Of a stretch of 64,000 nt of DNA, positions 62,061 to 64,000 are shown piece after piece. The stretch lies in assembly GCF_006345805.1 (NCBI RefSeq), contig NW_021832531.1:62001-126000 (forward strand). The letters are read 5' to 3'. Both the position numbers and the translations under genes were made by a program. This DNA is from Octopus sinensis. Its lineage: Eukaryota. The number at the start of each line of letters is the position of its first letter. Within the stretch, counting starts at the first letter, position 1. The notes under the pieces were generated by a model. That model had not been told where the DNA came from. It searched no databases and saw only the letters and a list, made by a program, of their open reading frames with translations.

Positions 62061-64000
62061 TTATATAATCTTCATCCATTTTGCAGGCACCCACTGAGGA
62101 GTAGAATCAATAATTTTGACAGTATGCATGACCTGGTTAATAGTATTGGAAAGATAATTATTGATTACGACTTTGTCAATATAACGTCCAAATTTCTCTT
62201 CGAGAAATCGACCCCGGTCAATGATATCCCTTAGCTCGCGTTCTTTGGCATGTTTGAATTGCTCTCGCATGACTTGAATATTTGGAAGTCCGATGAATAT
62301 AACATAAGATATAAAATCGCTTTCTTGTATTTTTCGGAGTGACTAAATGAAAATAATGCTAAAAACCTGGCAATCGCTGCAACATATGATGCAATGTTTT
62401 CCTGTAGGAATTGCCTTTCGAATCGTCGAAATTTGTGTTCCATAATAACATTTGTCGATTTTTAAAAATGAGTACTCTAAAAATTTTCCCGCCACGACTG
62501 CTTTCTGGAAACATTTTTTCGAAACAAAGTAAAAATTAACTCCATCAGTTTCTCCACGTTTCCTTTTCCTGGTAGTGTCTAACGTTAGAAGATTTATCAA
62601 GAACGTTTGATAGTCTTGGTAAACATTCCTGAGTAGTTCTTAAGCAAATTATCGACTATTTTTTGCAAGGTTTCAAATTCTGGTCCGACAATAACAATAA
62701 CAGATTTGTTATCATTTTCAGGGTAATGCAATATCACTTGATCATATGAAGGTAATATCTCTTTGAAAATATACAAATCAGTATACCTAATTCACTCATC
62801 TTTGAATTTTTAAAAAAAAATTTTTTCTTGTTTTGAATCTCTTTTCGTTTCTTTTCTCTTTCACGACTTAAATAGAATTAAATGCTATACTATTGCTGCA
62901 TTTCAGGACTTGGAATTATTCCAATTGTACAATCCCCGTTATCATCTTCTTGTTGAACTTGCCACCAATGTTTGTCAGACGTATCTATTACTGCAAGTAT
63001 TGTCCTCTTGTTAAAAGAAATTCCAAGTTCAGCACATGGGATATCTTCGTCGTCTTCTGCGTTGTAAGTAAACAATGTTCTCAAATACAACTAAAATTCT
63101 CATTTTTTGTACAACTTGTGAGGGATCCGTCCATTCCATATTAAACTTTCCCCGATTTCCCTGCATTACTACCAAATTAAGATTTCCCCTTTCCCGACGC
63201 TAAAATTTTTGAATTATAAAACAACTAATAAAAGTTGAGCTTCATCTACAGATATTCCTGATAGAGACTTTCCATTTATTGATATCAACTCGTCTCTCAC
63301 TCGCAACATCCCTTAAAATAAAATTTCGATTAATTTCTACCCGACTGATCGACTTGACCCCCTGAAACAATTCTACTTACAAAAATAGACCCCATTTCAT
63401 TTTCAATCGTCATTCCCTTAAAGAATATAGTTTTGCAAAATACCATTATATCTCCGTCCTTCCGTAATGATATGACTCTGAGAGGACTTGCACTACTTTC
63501 TTCTGCATTCGCGCCCTCAAACATATCCGACATTGTAGACAAAATTTCAAATATATTCTAAGTAAATTTAGCATTAAATACTTTCATATGTATATTATTT
63601 ATTAGCAAAATCAATTCTTTCATATCGTTTACTAGTAGATCTGATTTTAACTCGGATCTATGATCAAGTATACGATCTACGCCGGAAACTGTCTCTCCAA
63701 TGTTAGTTAATATTTTTAAGCGTTCTGGTCTCATGTTATTCAACTAAATTATAAAATAAAGACTTACATTCAGCAATCTACTATGTAAATCTATTGATGA
63801 TTTGACATTCTTTTGCTCAAAAAATTTCTTTATTTTATCTAAATAATCTTTTCCATCATTCTTAATAACATCTTCAACTGCCTTTATCCATTCGGATACG
63901 GAAAAATAGTCTATAAAATATTTCAAAGTCTTGATTAAACCAATATTTTTAGTGATCAATTTTCCATTACATAAATCCGTGTAGGTAACCTTATTTTCTG
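62061..64000 (-). CDS. MPP5: MAGUK p55 subfamily, MPP5/PALS1/Stardust-like (L27-PDZ-SH3-GuK); 5' end beyond the window
   Basis: PDZ GMTIENEMGSIFVSRIVSGG; SH3 FTYNAEDDEDIPCAELGISF...HWWQ; GuK HTTRKRK..ETDG..YYGT; C-terminal STPQWVPAKW. Confidence 0.85.

Noticed and set aside
1-64000. tRNA, rRNA, snRNA genes or CRISPR-like arrays
   Set aside because: None recognised by eye. A covariance-model search (tRNAscan-SE, Infernal/Rfam) would be needed to exclude divergent small RNAs.

Overview
AT-rich, gene-dense eukaryotic (metazoan) genomic DNA with miniature spliceosomal introns (about 23-35 nt). No bacterial features, rRNA, tRNA or CRISPR were seen. Host genes recognised after manual splicing: a C-clamp zinc-finger protein, a DRAM/TMEM150-family protein, BTF3, GEMIN7, BAP18, SLC30A9 (intronless), pinin, a full-length cytoplasmic dynein-2 heavy chain (about 72 introns in 14.6 kb), an IMP1-like peptidase, a short NudE, TOP1, profilin, WDR54, GMP reductase, an eIF4G-like protein, PLRG1 and MPP5/PALS1 (runs off the window). 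A histidyl-tRNA synthetase copy is pseudogenised and interrupted by a Tc1/IS630-like element that itself carries a hAT insertion. The transposon load is diverse: CRE-clade non-LTR pieces, an APE-type RT remnant, at least five Buster-type hAT families, Ginger, Merlin, Tc1 and Tigger/pogo. Tiny introns plus animal genes plus intact dynein-2 (cilia) suggest a dicyemid-like mesozoan (inference). The most notable observations are: (1) a Tigger dimer with a TA-flanked internal inversion that matches an alternative-transposition or autointegration product; (2) a recurring C-rich to G-rich strand-skew flip inside housekeeping genes, visible in their introns; (3) transposases carrying host-sized miniature introns; (4) recurrent AG|GCAT GC-AG introns. 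Scattered 1-bp slips, mostly in homopolymers, in otherwise intact genes suggest uncorrected assembly indels, so frameshifts alone were not taken as evidence of pseudogenes. All protein identifications are by motif recognition from memory, not database search.
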